A stretch of 63,228 nt of DNA, filler included. It is 5 parts of 5 records of this genome, joined end to end, with 100 filler letters (N's around TTAATTAATTAA, not from the genome) between each part and the next. Parts side by side here need not be neighbours in the genome. Positions count along the whole stretch, not along the records: positions 1 to 21,824 come from DRR378314_2253; positions 21,925 to 34,450 come from DRR378314_2255; positions 34,551 to 52,389 come from DRR378314_2261; 2 more parts are not named here. One strand, written 5' to 3'. A model generated the notes under the pieces. The model was not told the origin of the DNA. It ran no database searches and saw nothing but the letters and a program-made list of their open reading frames with translations. Positions 19,705 through 38,012 of this stretch are shown one piece after another; within the stretch, counting starts at the first letter, position 1; each line of letters opens with the position of its first letter. The translations under genes were made by a program, and so were the position numbers.

Positions 19705-20700
19705 GTGCGACACCTTATTGCCGCCATGTGCGCCGCCATTATGGCCGGACCAGCACTGGCTTTCGAACCGACCGACGGTGCGCTGGGCTTCCAGCCGGCC
19801 GCGACCCGCATTGCGGAGCGCATTCACACCTTCCATGACTTCGTGCTCGTGATCATTGTGTTGATCACGCTGCTCGTCCTCGGACTGCTGCTGTGGATCA
19901 TTGTTCGCCACAATCGCAAGGCCAATCCGGTGCCCAAGAAGTTCAGCCACAACACGCTGATCGAAGTTATCTGGACCGTCGTTCCGGCGCTGATCCTGGT
20001 GGCAATTGCCAGCCAGTCCTTCCCGAACCTCTACTATCAGGACGTTGTTCCAAACCTGCAGCAAATTACTGACAAGTCTGAGAAGCTGTTGGCGGATGGA
20101 AAAGACAGCCAGCATGAGCGCTTCACGAAGGATTACTTCCCGGAAGCTGCTGAAAAGGGGTTCGTGAACGTCAAGGCGCAGGGCAACCAGTGGAACTGGA
20201 CCTACACCTATCCAGATCTGGTGGACGATTCAGGATACCCCCTCGAATTCGTTTCGAACCCGGTGCACGTCGGTGTTTCGACGGATGGCGCCAATTATGC
20301 GGATGCAACCGGTCGTTCTGATTATGCGTCCAAGCCGCGTAACCTCGCCGTCGACTATCCCATGGTTGTCCCTCAAAACCGTTACATCCGTTACTACACG
20401 GCAGCCGCTGACGTGATCCATTCCTGGACCGTTCCAGCTTTCGGCGTCAAAACCGATGCTGTGCCGGGACGCCTGAATGAGGGTTGGTTCCTGGTGGAGC
20501 AGCCGGGCATTTATTACGGCCAGTGTTCTGAGCTGTGTGGCGTCAACCACGCCTACATGCCGATCGAGGTTCGCGTGGTCAGCCAGGAACAGTTTGACGC
20601 ATGGGCTGAGCAAATGCTCGCCGGAGACTACGAGGCGGCCTATGCTTCTGTAGATGTGTTTGCATCCAATGAGCAGGCGACCCAGTTCGCCGCCCAGTAA
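19705..20700 (+). CDS. coxB: Cytochrome c oxidase subunit II
   Basis: IEVIWT, GNQWNWTY, DVIHSW, K.DAVPGR, CuA motif GQCSELCGVNHAYM. Confidence 0.96.
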   Translation: MRHLIAAMCAAIMAGPALAFEPTDGALGFQPAATRIAERIHTFHDFVLVIIVLITLLVLGLLLWIIVRHNRKANPVPKKFSHNTLIEVIWTVVPALILVAIASQSFPNLYYQDVVPNLQQITDKSEKLLADGKDSQHERFTKDYFPEAAEKGFVNVKAQGNQWNWTYTYPDLVDDSGYPLEFVSNPVHVGVSTDGANYADATGRSDYASKPRNLAVDYPMVVPQNRYIRYYTAAADVIHSWTVPAFGVKTDAVPGRLNEGWFLVEQPGIYYGQCSELCGVNHAYMPIEVRVVSQEQFDAWAEQMLAGDYEAAYASVDVFASNEQATQFAAQ

Positions 20701-20717
20701 TAGACAAGAGAGAGTGA

Positions 20718-21824
<1,107 letters not shown>

Positions 21825-21924
21825 NNNNNNNNNNNNNNNNNNNNNNNNNNNNNNNNNNNNNNNNNNNNTTAATTAATTAANNNNNNNNNNNNNNNNNNNN
21901 NNNNNNNNNNNNNNNNNNNNNNNN
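21825..21924. other. Artificial contig spacer
   Basis: 44 N + TTAATTAATTAA (stop in all six frames) + 44 N. Confidence 0.99.
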
Positions 21925-28126
<6,202 letters not shown>

Positions 28127-28510
28127 GACGGTGCTATCGCAAACGTATACTTCTCACAGATGTAACTACTCACGTCCCCCTCCCCGCGCAAACGCCCGGC
28201 CTCTTGGTTTCTGAAGGCGCGGGCGCGGGCGCGGGTTACGCGCGAAACCGAGCACGCGAACACGCGCTCGCCGGCGCACCTCGCGGCAAACGCGGCGGCG
28301 CGGGGCCGAGAGCGCAGAAGATGCGCGGCAACCCTAGACGCGCAGAGCACGGCCAGCGCCGCCCTCGTGCTCGCGCGCACCGCAGCCGCGGAAACCGGTA
28401 CGGCGAGCGAGCGGCACGGCGGGGACGCCGTACGGCCGCGGGAAGCACCCTGATTGCGTGACGTGTGCGCGCGCGCTCTCGCCCAGGACCGCTTCTGAGC
28501 TTGCGACATT

Positions 28511-31500
28511 ATGGCGCTTCGCTCACACGAGAAAACCTGTTCGGTTTTAGTGACAGGCGGGACTGGGTTTGTGGCCCCGCACGTGCTTCGCGCACTGAGC
28601 GGTCCTGGTCGCGAGCTGTACTTCACCTTTTCGTCGACCAAGCCAACTCGGCCGCTCCTTTTGCTTGGGCGCGCGCGAAAGTGCGATCTTTCAGATCCAA
28701 ATGCTGTACAATCGCTAATAGATACCATCAATCCAGATGTTGTTGTACACTGTGCAGCGCTTACGAACACAAAGGTTCGTTTGTTTTGAACGTCTGTTGC
28801 CAAATCCAATGCGTTGGCGAAGCTGTCGCAGTGAGCTTGGCAGCGCTAGTCCGTTTTTCGCCACCCGCCTCCGCCCGGCCACTGTCTGTCTCGCATAGCA
28901 TGCGATGTGTTTAACTTTCTATATATATATTGTTGGAGTGCATCACTGTGGATTCGTCGTCAGCCATACTCGGTCGAACCTGCTGCGCCTTGACACCGCA
29001 CACGCGAAGTCGTCCACTTGGCGGTGGTTTCGCGCGCCGCACCGCACAGGACTTGTCACATTTGCAACCCGCCTCCCTCGTGCGCGTTCACACGTATTCC
29101 CCTCTTCTGCAGATTTGCGAAAATGATCCATCTGCAGCGACTTCTGCCAATCTGATTGCGACGTGGAATATTCTCCGAGCAATGCCCAACGTACGCTTGT
29201 ACATGGCGTAAGCGCGCTACCTATGCACGTGCGTGCTCCCACGTCGCTGTTGCGCACCGCGCTGGCAACGCTGCTCTTCCGCCACGATGCAACTGCGCCG
29301 TGTGTAAAGGAATTCTGATCGCAGTGCGATGTCATTTTAATACGTGTTCTACTGTTTTGTGTGTGACAGCGCAAAGCGCGCTGCTACGCGCCCGCGCACG
29401 TGTGCATTCGCACAGACGTAGCGCTTGCGCTTGTTCCCGTCGCTGACTGATCTCATTGCGCGGATGAACCCCCGAATCATTGTAGCGTGGACTCTTTGTT
29501 CTCTTTTCAACGGACTGGGTATTTGACGGGGAGAATGCCCCCTATGATGAAACGCAGACGATTCGCATCCCACGCGACCTTGTGGAGCCGCTCGACGGCG
29601 TGCCGGAATTGGTAGAGCACCTTGGCCCGTACGAGCTCACGCCGCGAGGCGAGCGCCTGTCCCTCCACCCGTACGGCGCAACGAAAGCCGCTGCAGAATA
29701 CGTTGCAGCCCTGTGGAGCTTGCAGTATCCACAGCGATCTGCTGCTGTGCTGCGCTGCTCTCTGGGTATGTTGCTGACCGAAAACAGGCGCACAGGCATC
29801 TTTCCTTGTTCTCTGCCAGGTACCATACTCCGCGCGGTGCCTTTCCTTAGGAGTCTGCTGCAGTGTTTCGAATCGCGTGCATACACGTTGTACGGCAAAG
29901 GTTGCTGCCAGATCGCCTCCCAGGCGTGTTCCCTGTGGCTTCTCGTGTTCATCTCAGCATAATTTCGTTTACCTTGTCCTCCTATATTACCCAGTGTACG
30001 GACCGCGTGCATATGTCGATGCGAAAGGGTCATTTCTGCAGTGGATGTCAGCCGAGCTGCACAAGCGCGATGCTGCGAAGCGCCAAGGAGAGAGCACCGA
30101 GCCCTTTGACCTGTTGAGCGACGAGGTGCGAACTCCGATATACGTGGGCGATGTGTCGCGCGCGGTCGCGCGTCTGGTTTCTCTCTACGAGGCAGATTTC
30201 AATGCAACAGCGGGTTTCGAGCTGTATCACATGGGTGGCGCGGAGAGGCTTTCCCGCGTTGCGATGGGAAACGCGATATGCAGCGCTTGCTCGTTGGACG
30301 AATCGGTCGTGAAGCCTGTGCGCCTCGCCGACGTGCCGTGGGGACGAGGCCGGCCGCGCGATCTTTCGTTAGCCAGTAGACAGTCGCAGATTTCACTCGA
30401 TACAACGTTTACAACATTTGTGCATGGTGTCAGAATGGCACTCACCGACTTTGTGGCAACTGTTGGCTCGAGCGATGTCGATATTGCGCTGGAGACCTAC
30501 CGCGACGAACGCGACATTCCGGACCTGGACGCTCTTCTCGCTGCTGATCTCTCGGAGCCGTACTCGATATACACGTATCGATACTTCTTGGATGACTGGC
30601 CGCATTTGTGCATGTTTGCAGTCGATAGGTGTGTAGCACCGTTTGCGCCTGCCATTTTGTGTAGTGACTCACACTTGCTTCGACGGTGAAACGCACAGAT
30701 TTCCGCACTCGGCGCGGCTTCGTGCGCAGCTCTGCATCTGCAGCTGTCGTTCCTCGATTAGGTGCAGCGCTGGAGCAGGCAGTCTTGCAAGTCACTCCAA
30801 GAGAGTAGCGCTTTCTTGAGGAACGGCAGTGCAGTATTGGATTGTGCCACAATGGGTTTCGCTGATGCTCTGGCAGTCCTTCCCGCGGGCGCTGATCTGG
30901 CTCGGCTTTCTCGGGGTGGCATAGGTTGTATCGACGGGAGCGCGTTCGAATCGCCTGCGCGCGTTCGTTTGCCGCCCGTCCGCTGGCTCACCGGTTTTAT
31001 CCAAACCTCTTTTCCAATGCAATTGCAATTCGACTCTGGGTACTGGACTGGCTGTTCGTGCAGGAAAGCGGGTAATCACAGAGTTGGAGTAATTGTGTGC
31101 CGAATCCTCGAGCGAGGTGATGAGCGGTCCGGGTACATTGCAATGCTGGCGGTGCTGCCAAGGTGCGCCAACGCGTGTGCGTTCCATCCTCCAGATCGGC
31201 TGCTAAATGGCTACGCACGCCCGCGAATGAAGCTTCCGCGTCTCTCATTTCTGCCGTCTCTGTTATTTCACCGATTCTTCCTATTCACTTCATCACTGCA
31301 TGCAGATATCGAAGGCAGGGTATAGCGCGCAAGCTCGTTGAAGAGGCGATTGCACGCATGCGGCGCGAATCTGCTGCAAAGGTACGGAATGACGCACTGG
31401 CAGCGCACAAAATACCGCCGTCGTCCGCGAATTTTGATGCTAGCATCGCTATCACCGCTGCGAGGAAATGCAGTGCATATGGGACTCGCGTCGACGCCGC

Positions 31501-31989
31501 ATCAGTCACAATTGACACTGCTGTAACGTTTGGCTTCGCTGCCATGTGCTTTTATTTTGCGGGAAAGATTTCACTCGAGACCGAGTCGTCGAATGCGGCT
31601 GCATTGTCGCTGTACGAGAGATTGGGCTTTGTGCGCGAGCAGCTTCTGCAGCGGTACTATTTGAACCACGGGTGCGTTGCTTCGACATGGCAGTGCGTGC
31701 TGCGCGTTGTGCGTGCTTGTTTCGCGTATGAAGCCGGTTCTCTGCCATCCCTCCTTTCTTTTGCTGTCACATCGTTTGAATCTCGGTTGATCCTTCAACG
31801 GGAGAGGTATCCAGTTTCGTAAACGCGTCAGTTTCCTCGGCGGAACAACTCCGCACTGTGCCGCTAACCAATTTCGCTGCGGCACCGCTGCTGCTTGCGC
31901 TGTACTCCTCGCTTTCCGCACGGTGCGCTCTGCCCTGCCATCGAATGAACGCTAGGGACGCTTTTCGGCTGATGCTCCCCCTTTCTTGA
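28511..31989 (+). CDS. 8-exon fusion gene: RmlD/MAT2B-like extended SDR + N-terminal acetyltransferase Naa30/Mak3 (about 522 aa)
   Basis: Exons 28511-28774, 29113-29190, 29486-29765, 29995-30628, 31064-31162, 31306-31381, 31568-31671, 31956-31989, all GT..AG and phase-consistent. SDR motifs VLVTGGTGFVA, HCAALT, STDWVFDG, YGATK, DEVRTP, RPRDLSL. Naa30 motifs LSEPYSIYTYRYF..WPHLC, GYIAMLAV, YRRQGIA, LETE..N.AAL.LYE.LGF, YYLNHGDAFRL. Confidence 0.85.
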
Positions 31990-32907
31990 CCACAAGAATA
32001 ATGGATCATATGCGCAATTGGAGAAGTTTCCCTTTTATCCCCCCGCCTTGCCACCGCAGAGAGCGGTGTTTGCGCTGGGCGATCCGGCCTCGCTGGCCCC
32101 GTCGGCGCCGCAGCTCGGTTGCTGCTCTTTCGCTTGGCGTACTAGGTTGGTGTATACATGATTTCACCTCTCGCTGTCCCGTGCTCCCGCCCTGCACGCG
32201 CAGTGCGGTGCTGACGCTTCAAACGCGCGTGCGAGCGCGCTTCCGGCACTCTCCCCCCGTGGCGGTTCCAAGAACGCCACCAGCGTAGCGGGTGTGTTTC
32301 CTGCTCGGCACATGCGTGCTTGCGGTTTTCGAATGTGTGCTTGTGCGGACCTGTGTTGAAGCTGCGTGATGCCAGGCGGGCGGGCAGCTTGCTGTTGCGC
32401 GCTTTGTGCGCTTCGTAGGGCAAGCACAGTGCAGTTGTGCGTTGCTGCGCGTTTCTGTGCGCGAGCGACGCTGCTTTTCACCCTTCTAGCCAAACGCATC
32501 GTGCCGCAGTCTATACTTTCCGATCGCAAGGCACTCGGTATCAAGCGTTCAACCACGGCTGCAAATCCCACTCATGCACGGAGAGTACGTAACAGGAGCG
32601 AGTTATGCAGCGAAAAAAAGGGCTGGTTTGTGTTGGCACAGGTTGGCAGCGACTGTGCTCCAGGCTCGTTTCGGCAGCCAGAGCACCCGATACAGCAGCG
32701 CTGAGAACGGTTGCGCTGCTGTCTGATTTGGACAGCAAAGAATGCGTGAGGTATCGCACCAGTGCGCCAGCCGAAACGATGGATTCTATTGCAGCTTGGT
32801 GGCTTGGAAACTCTCTGATTGCGACACGCGTGCAATGACGGATAAAAGTCGCGCAGCCTGACCGCGCCCGTGCGTTGGTGCTCGTCGCAGGTGCAGCTTT
32901 CCCTCCC

Positions 32908-34423
32908 ATGGCAGGTGCTGTCGTCAAGAGTGCGCTGTGCGTGATTCCACCGGAGCACCTATGGCCCGCAGTACAGTCGATTCGACGGCAATGCGATAAG
33001 AGTTATTTCCGCTGGATGCCTCATATGAATATTTTGTACCCATTTATTCCTGAGGAAGAATTCGAAGCCGCCGCAAGTATGGTATGCCGTTCCAGCACAT
33101 GCCGTCGCCCCGCCTCGTGCTCGCGTGCGTGTTTGTGTGGCGTGCGAGCGCTTCTCCGCTGACTTCATTCGGCGCGCCGTACGTTTGATTATACAGCTTG
33201 CTCGCGACCTGGCGACTGTAGAACCGTTTGTTGTACAACTTGGCTCGCTAGATTTTTTCATTCACGGATCATCGAAAGCGACGCTCTACGTCGGACCCGA
33301 CGAAGCTGGGTGCGTCGGGTTGGCACGTTTGTACGACCGGATAGCGGAACTGTTTCCACAGTGTGCTACGGAGTCTAATGAGCAAGGTATGTCGGTTAAA
33401 GGGTTCAATTCGCAATCACCAAGTCGTACAGAACAGGCATGCATACGTAATCGTGATGGATACCTCTCATGGGCGCGTGCGCGGAGCGAGCATCTGTTTG
33501 GTATTGCCGTTGCAACTTGCGTTCTCGCGGCGATTTCTCCTCCTTACGATTGCTTCCTCGCGTTCTCCTTGCCTCCGCTGGTTCTCGATCCGATCTGTGC
33601 GCGGCGCACATCGGAAGACTTTACGCCACACTTGAGTCTTGGGCAGGTGTGTTCACTCTCTCAAGGTTCCACTTAAAAAAATTCTGTAGCGTGAGGCTCG
33701 CTCTCGGGTGCAGTTGTACTCAACTCTTCCCGAACCTTGTCGTGCTTTGTTCTTTTTATTTGTTTATTTTTTCCTGTGTGCACGCTCCGCTGCAGTTCTT
33801 GAATTCTGCAGATGTGGCAAAGGCGCGCCACGCACTGCAAAAAGTGTGGAAACCGCTTACATTCCCTATTGATGAGGTATTTACTTTGGATATTGGAATG
33901 AGCGGGAGTGTTTTGTGTGCCGCGATTGGCTGCCCTTGTGGAGCTGGTTCTCCGTGATCTCGCCCGCTCGTGCGACACCTGCTTCGCTCTCACAGCTGCA
34001 TGCGTTTTTTTGTTTCGTTACAGTGGTGATATGGAGCTGGCAAGTGACAGTATGGCAACTGCACTGAGTTAACAAATGTACAATATTTATTGTTTTTTTT
34101 CGCAGATATGCCTCATTGCACGACGAGACTATCACGACCCCTTCTGTGTTCGCTGGAGAATTCCGCTCGGAACGGGAAATGCCGATCGGGTCGCGCGAGC
34201 GGAGGGCGCATACATTGTTCCGGTACGATACGTGCGCGCCGGAGTGCTTTCGTGTGCAAAACCCGACACGAACGCTTCAGAGGTTCCTGTTTGGTCATGG
34301 CTTGCCTCAGGACTTTGCCCGGTCGAAAGGAGGGAAGGTGGGCGCTGTGGCGCCGGTGGGAATTATGCAAGGGCCTTGCTCTCCACCGCCATATTTGCTT
34401 GCGCGGCTCCAGTCCGTGCCTGA
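32908..34423 (+). CDS. Spliced 2H phosphoesterase (2'-5' RNA ligase/LENG9-like); both ends uncertain
   Basis: Exons 32908-33081, 33197-33386, 33618-33646, 33796-33876, 34106 onward; SALCVIPP...IRR..DK.Y.RWMPHMNILYPF and FTPHLSLGQ. Confidence 0.8.
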
Positions 34424-34450
34424 TTATGATTATGATTATGATTATGATTA
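34421..34450. repeat. (TGATTA)n microsatellite at contig end
   Basis: Five tandem TGATTA units. Confidence 0.9.
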
Positions 34451-34550
34451 NNNNNNNNNNNNNNNNNNNNNNNNNNNNNNNNNNNNNNNNNNNNTTAATT
34501 AATTAANNNNNNNNNNNNNNNNNNNNNNNNNNNNNNNNNNNNNNNNNNNN
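34451..34550. other. Artificial contig spacer
   Basis: N-run with TTAATTAATTAA. Confidence 0.99.
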
Positions 34551-34775
34551 CGCCATCCCGGGACCAACCACCTGCCATAGTGTTCTCCGATCTCTGCAAA
34601 AGTATTGTAAAGCTCCTTCCTACCCTTTCCCCATAGTGCGCTAGTCTGGAAAACTGCTCGTACTCTCAATGACTTTGAGTCGCTCTCAATCACTTTCCAG
34701 CTTCGGCGCGGCTGCCAGCTATCGTCATAATTGCCGTGCAAGCTACATTTGTTATTAAAAAAGAAAGGTGCCTTT

Positions 34776-35447
34776 GTGTCCACCAGCGTCCAGATAAGTG
34801 ACATTAACCTTACCTACCCAACCGAGTCCGGCACCGTCGCGGTGCTCAACAACGCCTCGCTCACGATTCCGCCCGGCGACACACTGGCAATTACCGGCCC
34901 CTCTGGAAGCGGTAAAACGTCTCTACTCTTGTTGCTTTCCGGCCTCCAGCGCCCGACCAGCGGAGAGATCCTGGTGGGCAGCCAGCGCCTGGGCGACATG
35001 GATGCCAATTCGCTGGCCGACTGGCGCAGTGAGCACCTTGGCATCATCTTCCAATCGTTCCATTTGCTGCCGGGGCTGACAGCGCTGGGCAACGTCAGCC
35101 TGCCGTTGGAAATCGCCGGGCTGGGGAACGCCCGTGAGCAGGCCCTGGCCATGCTTGATGCGGTTGGCCTGAGCCATCGATTGCAGCACTACCCGGGGCA
35201 GCTTTCCGGGGGCGAGCAACAGCGTGTCGCGATCGCACGGGCACTGGTGCACCAGCCCAGCCTGCTGCTGGGGGATGAGCCCACCGGCAACCTGGACCAC
35301 GCCACCGGCGAGAAAGTGCTCTCCCTGCTGTTCGACCTCCACAAGGAAAGCAAATCCACCCTGGTGCTGGTCACCCACGACGAACGAGTCGCCGAGCGCT
35401 GCCAGCATCGGGTCCGGATGGATGGTGGGCGCCTGTATGAAGCGTAA
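34776..35447 (+). CDS. ABC transporter ATP-binding protein (YbbA/LolD-like)
   Basis: GPSGSGKT, LSGGEQQRVAIARAL, DEPTGNLD, VTHD; GTG start after AAAGGTG. Confidence 0.92.
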   Translation: MSTSVQISDINLTYPTESGTVAVLNNASLTIPPGDTLAITGPSGSGKTSLLLLLSGLQRPTSGEILVGSQRLGDMDANSLADWRSEHLGIIFQSFHLLPGLTALGNVSLPLEIAGLGNAREQALAMLDAVGLSHRLQHYPGQLSGGEQQRVAIARALVHQPSLLLGDEPTGNLDHATGEKVLSLLFDLHKESKSTLVLVTHDERVAERCQHRVRMDGGRLYEA

Positions 35448-38004
35448 CGCCTCCACGAAGCCGCTCTGGATGTTCAAATTCGCGATCACCGATCTGCGAT
35501 CACGGCTCTCAGCGCTTAAAGTGTTTCTGGCGTGCCTCATCCTCGGCGTGACCCTGGTGGCGGCCACGGCGAGCCTGTACCGGATGATCGAGCAGAGCCT
35601 GCTGGCGGACACGCGCATGCTGTTGGGCGGCGACGTGGAACTGGATACCAGCGAGCCGTTGCCGAATGACGTAATCGAATGGGTAGGGCGCACCGGGACG
35701 CTGTCGCTGGTAAGGGAGTTCGACACCATTGTCAGTGGCGAGAGCGGCGACGGCTTCTTCCGCGCGGAGATTCTGATTCCGGATGCAGCCTATCCGCTCT
35801 ACGGAGAGCTGCAGCTCACGCCGGACCAGCCGCGTGCTGAGCTAACGGCACGCAAGGATGGCCTATGGGGCGCCGTGATCGACCCGCTGCTGTCTGAACG
35901 CCTGGGCCAGACCATCGGTGATCAGATCGAGATCGGCGCGGCCACGTTTCGCATCAGCGGCCTGATCCAGAAACAGCCGGACCGACGCCTGAATGCGAAC
36001 TGGCGCGGCCTGCCCATCATGATTTCCGAGCAGGCGGTGGAGGCAACCGAACTGATCCGGCCCGGCAGCCGGGTGGACTACGAGTACAAGGTGAAGACTG
36101 ACCAGAACCTGGATGTGTGGTTGGCCGACTTCGAACAGGCCTTTCCGGAACCAAACTGGGACACCACCACCTTCGCCGAGCGCAGTGAACGCATCGCCGA
36201 ACGGCTGGACCAGATTGCCACAGCGCTCATTCTGATCGCCTTCACCACACTGTTCATTGGCGGCCTGGGCGTCGCCAACAGCATTCACGCCTACCTGGAC
36301 GAAAAACTGGGTACCATCGCCACCCTGCAAACACTGGGCCTGCGCCGCAAACCATTGGTGGCCATCTACCTGCTGCAGATCGGCCTGCTGGGCAGCCTGG
36401 CGGGCCTGATCGGTGGCGGAATCGGATTGAGTCTTTCCGCCATCGCGATATCCATGGCCGGCGACGCCTATGCATTGTCCGGGCCGGACGGGGCAGGGGG
36501 CTGGCTATCCTTGTGGTTTATTCCTTTGCTACTGAGCTGGTTGTTTGCGGTGCTGACGGCCTACGTCTTCGCTCTGCCGGCCCTGGCCAGGGCTCTGGCG
36601 GCGTCACCGGCCGGGCTGTTCCGGGGGCAGGTGCAGGCCGCCCGTAACGAACCCCGAACCTGGCGGATCGCGAGCTACATTCTGCTGACCATCTATATCG
36701 GCGCGACGCTGTTCTGGTTACCGTCGCCACAATTGGGGTTCCTTTTTCTGCTGGCGGTATGTGTGCTCTGGGGCTTGCTGGAAGGCATTATCAAGGGGCT
36801 GCGGCGGGGCGCAAAAGCGCTGGAAAACAGTGGCTTCGCCGACCGCAAGTTCGCCCGGCGCCTGGCACTGGCCAACCTTCATCGGCCGGATTCGCCCCTG
36901 CGGGCAACCTTGTTGTCGCTGGGCACCGCCTTGACTCTGGTAGTGGCCTGCACCCTGATGGTCACCACACTCCTGCGAGCTCTGGAAACCACCATCCCGG
37001 CGGAATCTCCGGCGCTGATCCTATACGAGGTGTTCCCGGACCAGATGGCACCGCTCAAGTCCGGCCTCGAATCGCTGGATCCGTCCAGCAGGACGGAACT
37101 CCTGCCATTGGTCCGCGCCAGAATGGCAACCATCAACGAAGAACCGATCGCAGACGCACTTGCGGATGACCCCCGCGCCCGGCGAGAGGCCATGGGGGAC
37201 GAATACAAGCTCACCTATCTGGCGGGAAATCCGGAAGGTCTGGAGCTGGTGCAGGGCAACTGGTGGACGACACCTGCACCGGAAGGCGAGCCTGCCTTCA
37301 TGGCCATGGAAGACAGGGAAGCCAACGAACTTGGGCTGACGGTGGGCGACCGGATTGAGTTCACGGCGCAGGACCAGCCGATCGTTGCCGAAATTCGGGC
37401 GATATATCGCCAGAAAGGCCTGCAGACCCGGTTCTGGTTTGAAGGCGTACTGCAGCAAGGCGCCCTGGATGGACTAATCAGCCTGTACGTCGGCGCCGTC
37501 TACCAGAGCGACGCGGCCGCCAAAGACTCACAGCAATGGCTGGCCGGCAACATTCCCAACGTTATCACCCTGCGCACCGCTGACTGGCTTGAAACAGCGG
37601 GCGGCCTGCTGAATAAGGCCGCCGCTGGCCTTGCGGCGGTTGCCACCGTCAGCCTTCTGGCAAGCCTGCTGGTGCTGTCGAGCGTGGTCAGCGTCAGCCG
37701 CCGGCGACAACTCTACGAAGCCAACTTGCTGCATTGCCTGGGGGCCAGACACCAGGCTATCCGGAATGCCATGTTGCTGGAAACTGGATTGCTGACGTTG
37801 CTGGCGACCGTGTTTGCAACGGGGCTCGGGGCACTGATCGCGCTGCCGGTGGCAAACCTGGCGCTGAAACTGCCAGCGGGGGACCTGTGGTGGATCGGCG
37901 CGTTGGTGGCTGGCGCTGTCAGTTCACTGGCATTGTTGGGAGGGCTGCTGCCTACGTTGAGGGCCATGCGGCTCAATCCGGCGGTGTTGTTGCGGGACGG
38001 GTGA
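35437..38004 (+). CDS. ABC permease, YbbP/FtsX-like
   Basis: Two-repeat membrane topology; LLGGD, AYPLYGEL, ALANLHRP; overlaps the ATPase stop. Confidence 0.88.
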   Translation: MKRNASTKPLWMFKFAITDLRSRLSALKVFLACLILGVTLVAATASLYRMIEQSLLADTRMLLGGDVELDTSEPLPNDVIEWVGRTGTLSLVREFDTIVSGESGDGFFRAEILIPDAAYPLYGELQLTPDQPRAELTARKDGLWGAVIDPLLSERLGQTIGDQIEIGAATFRISGLIQKQPDRRLNANWRGLPIMISEQAVEATELIRPGSRVDYEYKVKTDQNLDVWLADFEQAFPEPNWDTTTFAERSERIAERLDQIATALILIAFTTLFIGGLGVANSIHAYLDEKLGTIATLQTLGLRRKPLVAIYLLQIGLLGSLAGLIGGGIGLSLSAIAISMAGDAYALSGPDGAGGWLSLWFIPLLLSWLFAVLTAYVFALPALARALAASPAGLFRGQVQAARNEPRTWRIASYILLTIYIGATLFWLPSPQLGFLFLLAVCVLWGLLEGIIKGLRRGAKALENSGFADRKFARRLALANLHRPDSPLRATLLSLGTALTLVVACTLMVTTLLRALETTIPAESPALILYEVFPDQMAPLKSGLESLDPSSRTELLPLVRARMATINEEPIADALADDPRARREAMGDEYKLTYLAGNPEGLELVQGNWWTTPAPEGEPAFMAMEDREANELGLTVGDRIEFTAQDQPIVAEIRAIYRQKGLQTRFWFEGVLQQGALDGLISLYVGAVYQSDAAAKDSQQWLAGNIPNVITLRTADWLETAGGLLNKAAAGLAAVATVSLLASLLVLSSVVSVSRRRQLYEANLLHCLGARHQAIRNAMLLETGLLTLLATVFATGLGALIALPVANLALKLPAGDLWWIGALVAGAVSSLALLGGLLPTLRAMRLNPAVLLRDG

Positions 38005-38012
38005 GTGGCCAG

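Noticed and set aside
21869-21880. TTAATTAATTAA palindrome occurring four times in the window
   Set aside because: Always centred in an N-run; a synthetic six-frame stop linker, not a biological repeat.
34551-34775. TesA-like esterase expected divergent from the YbbA-type ATPase; CTCTCAATnACTTT direct repeat at 34663 and 34683
   Set aside because: No GDSL motif or signal peptide in any frame; the repeat is too short to interpret.
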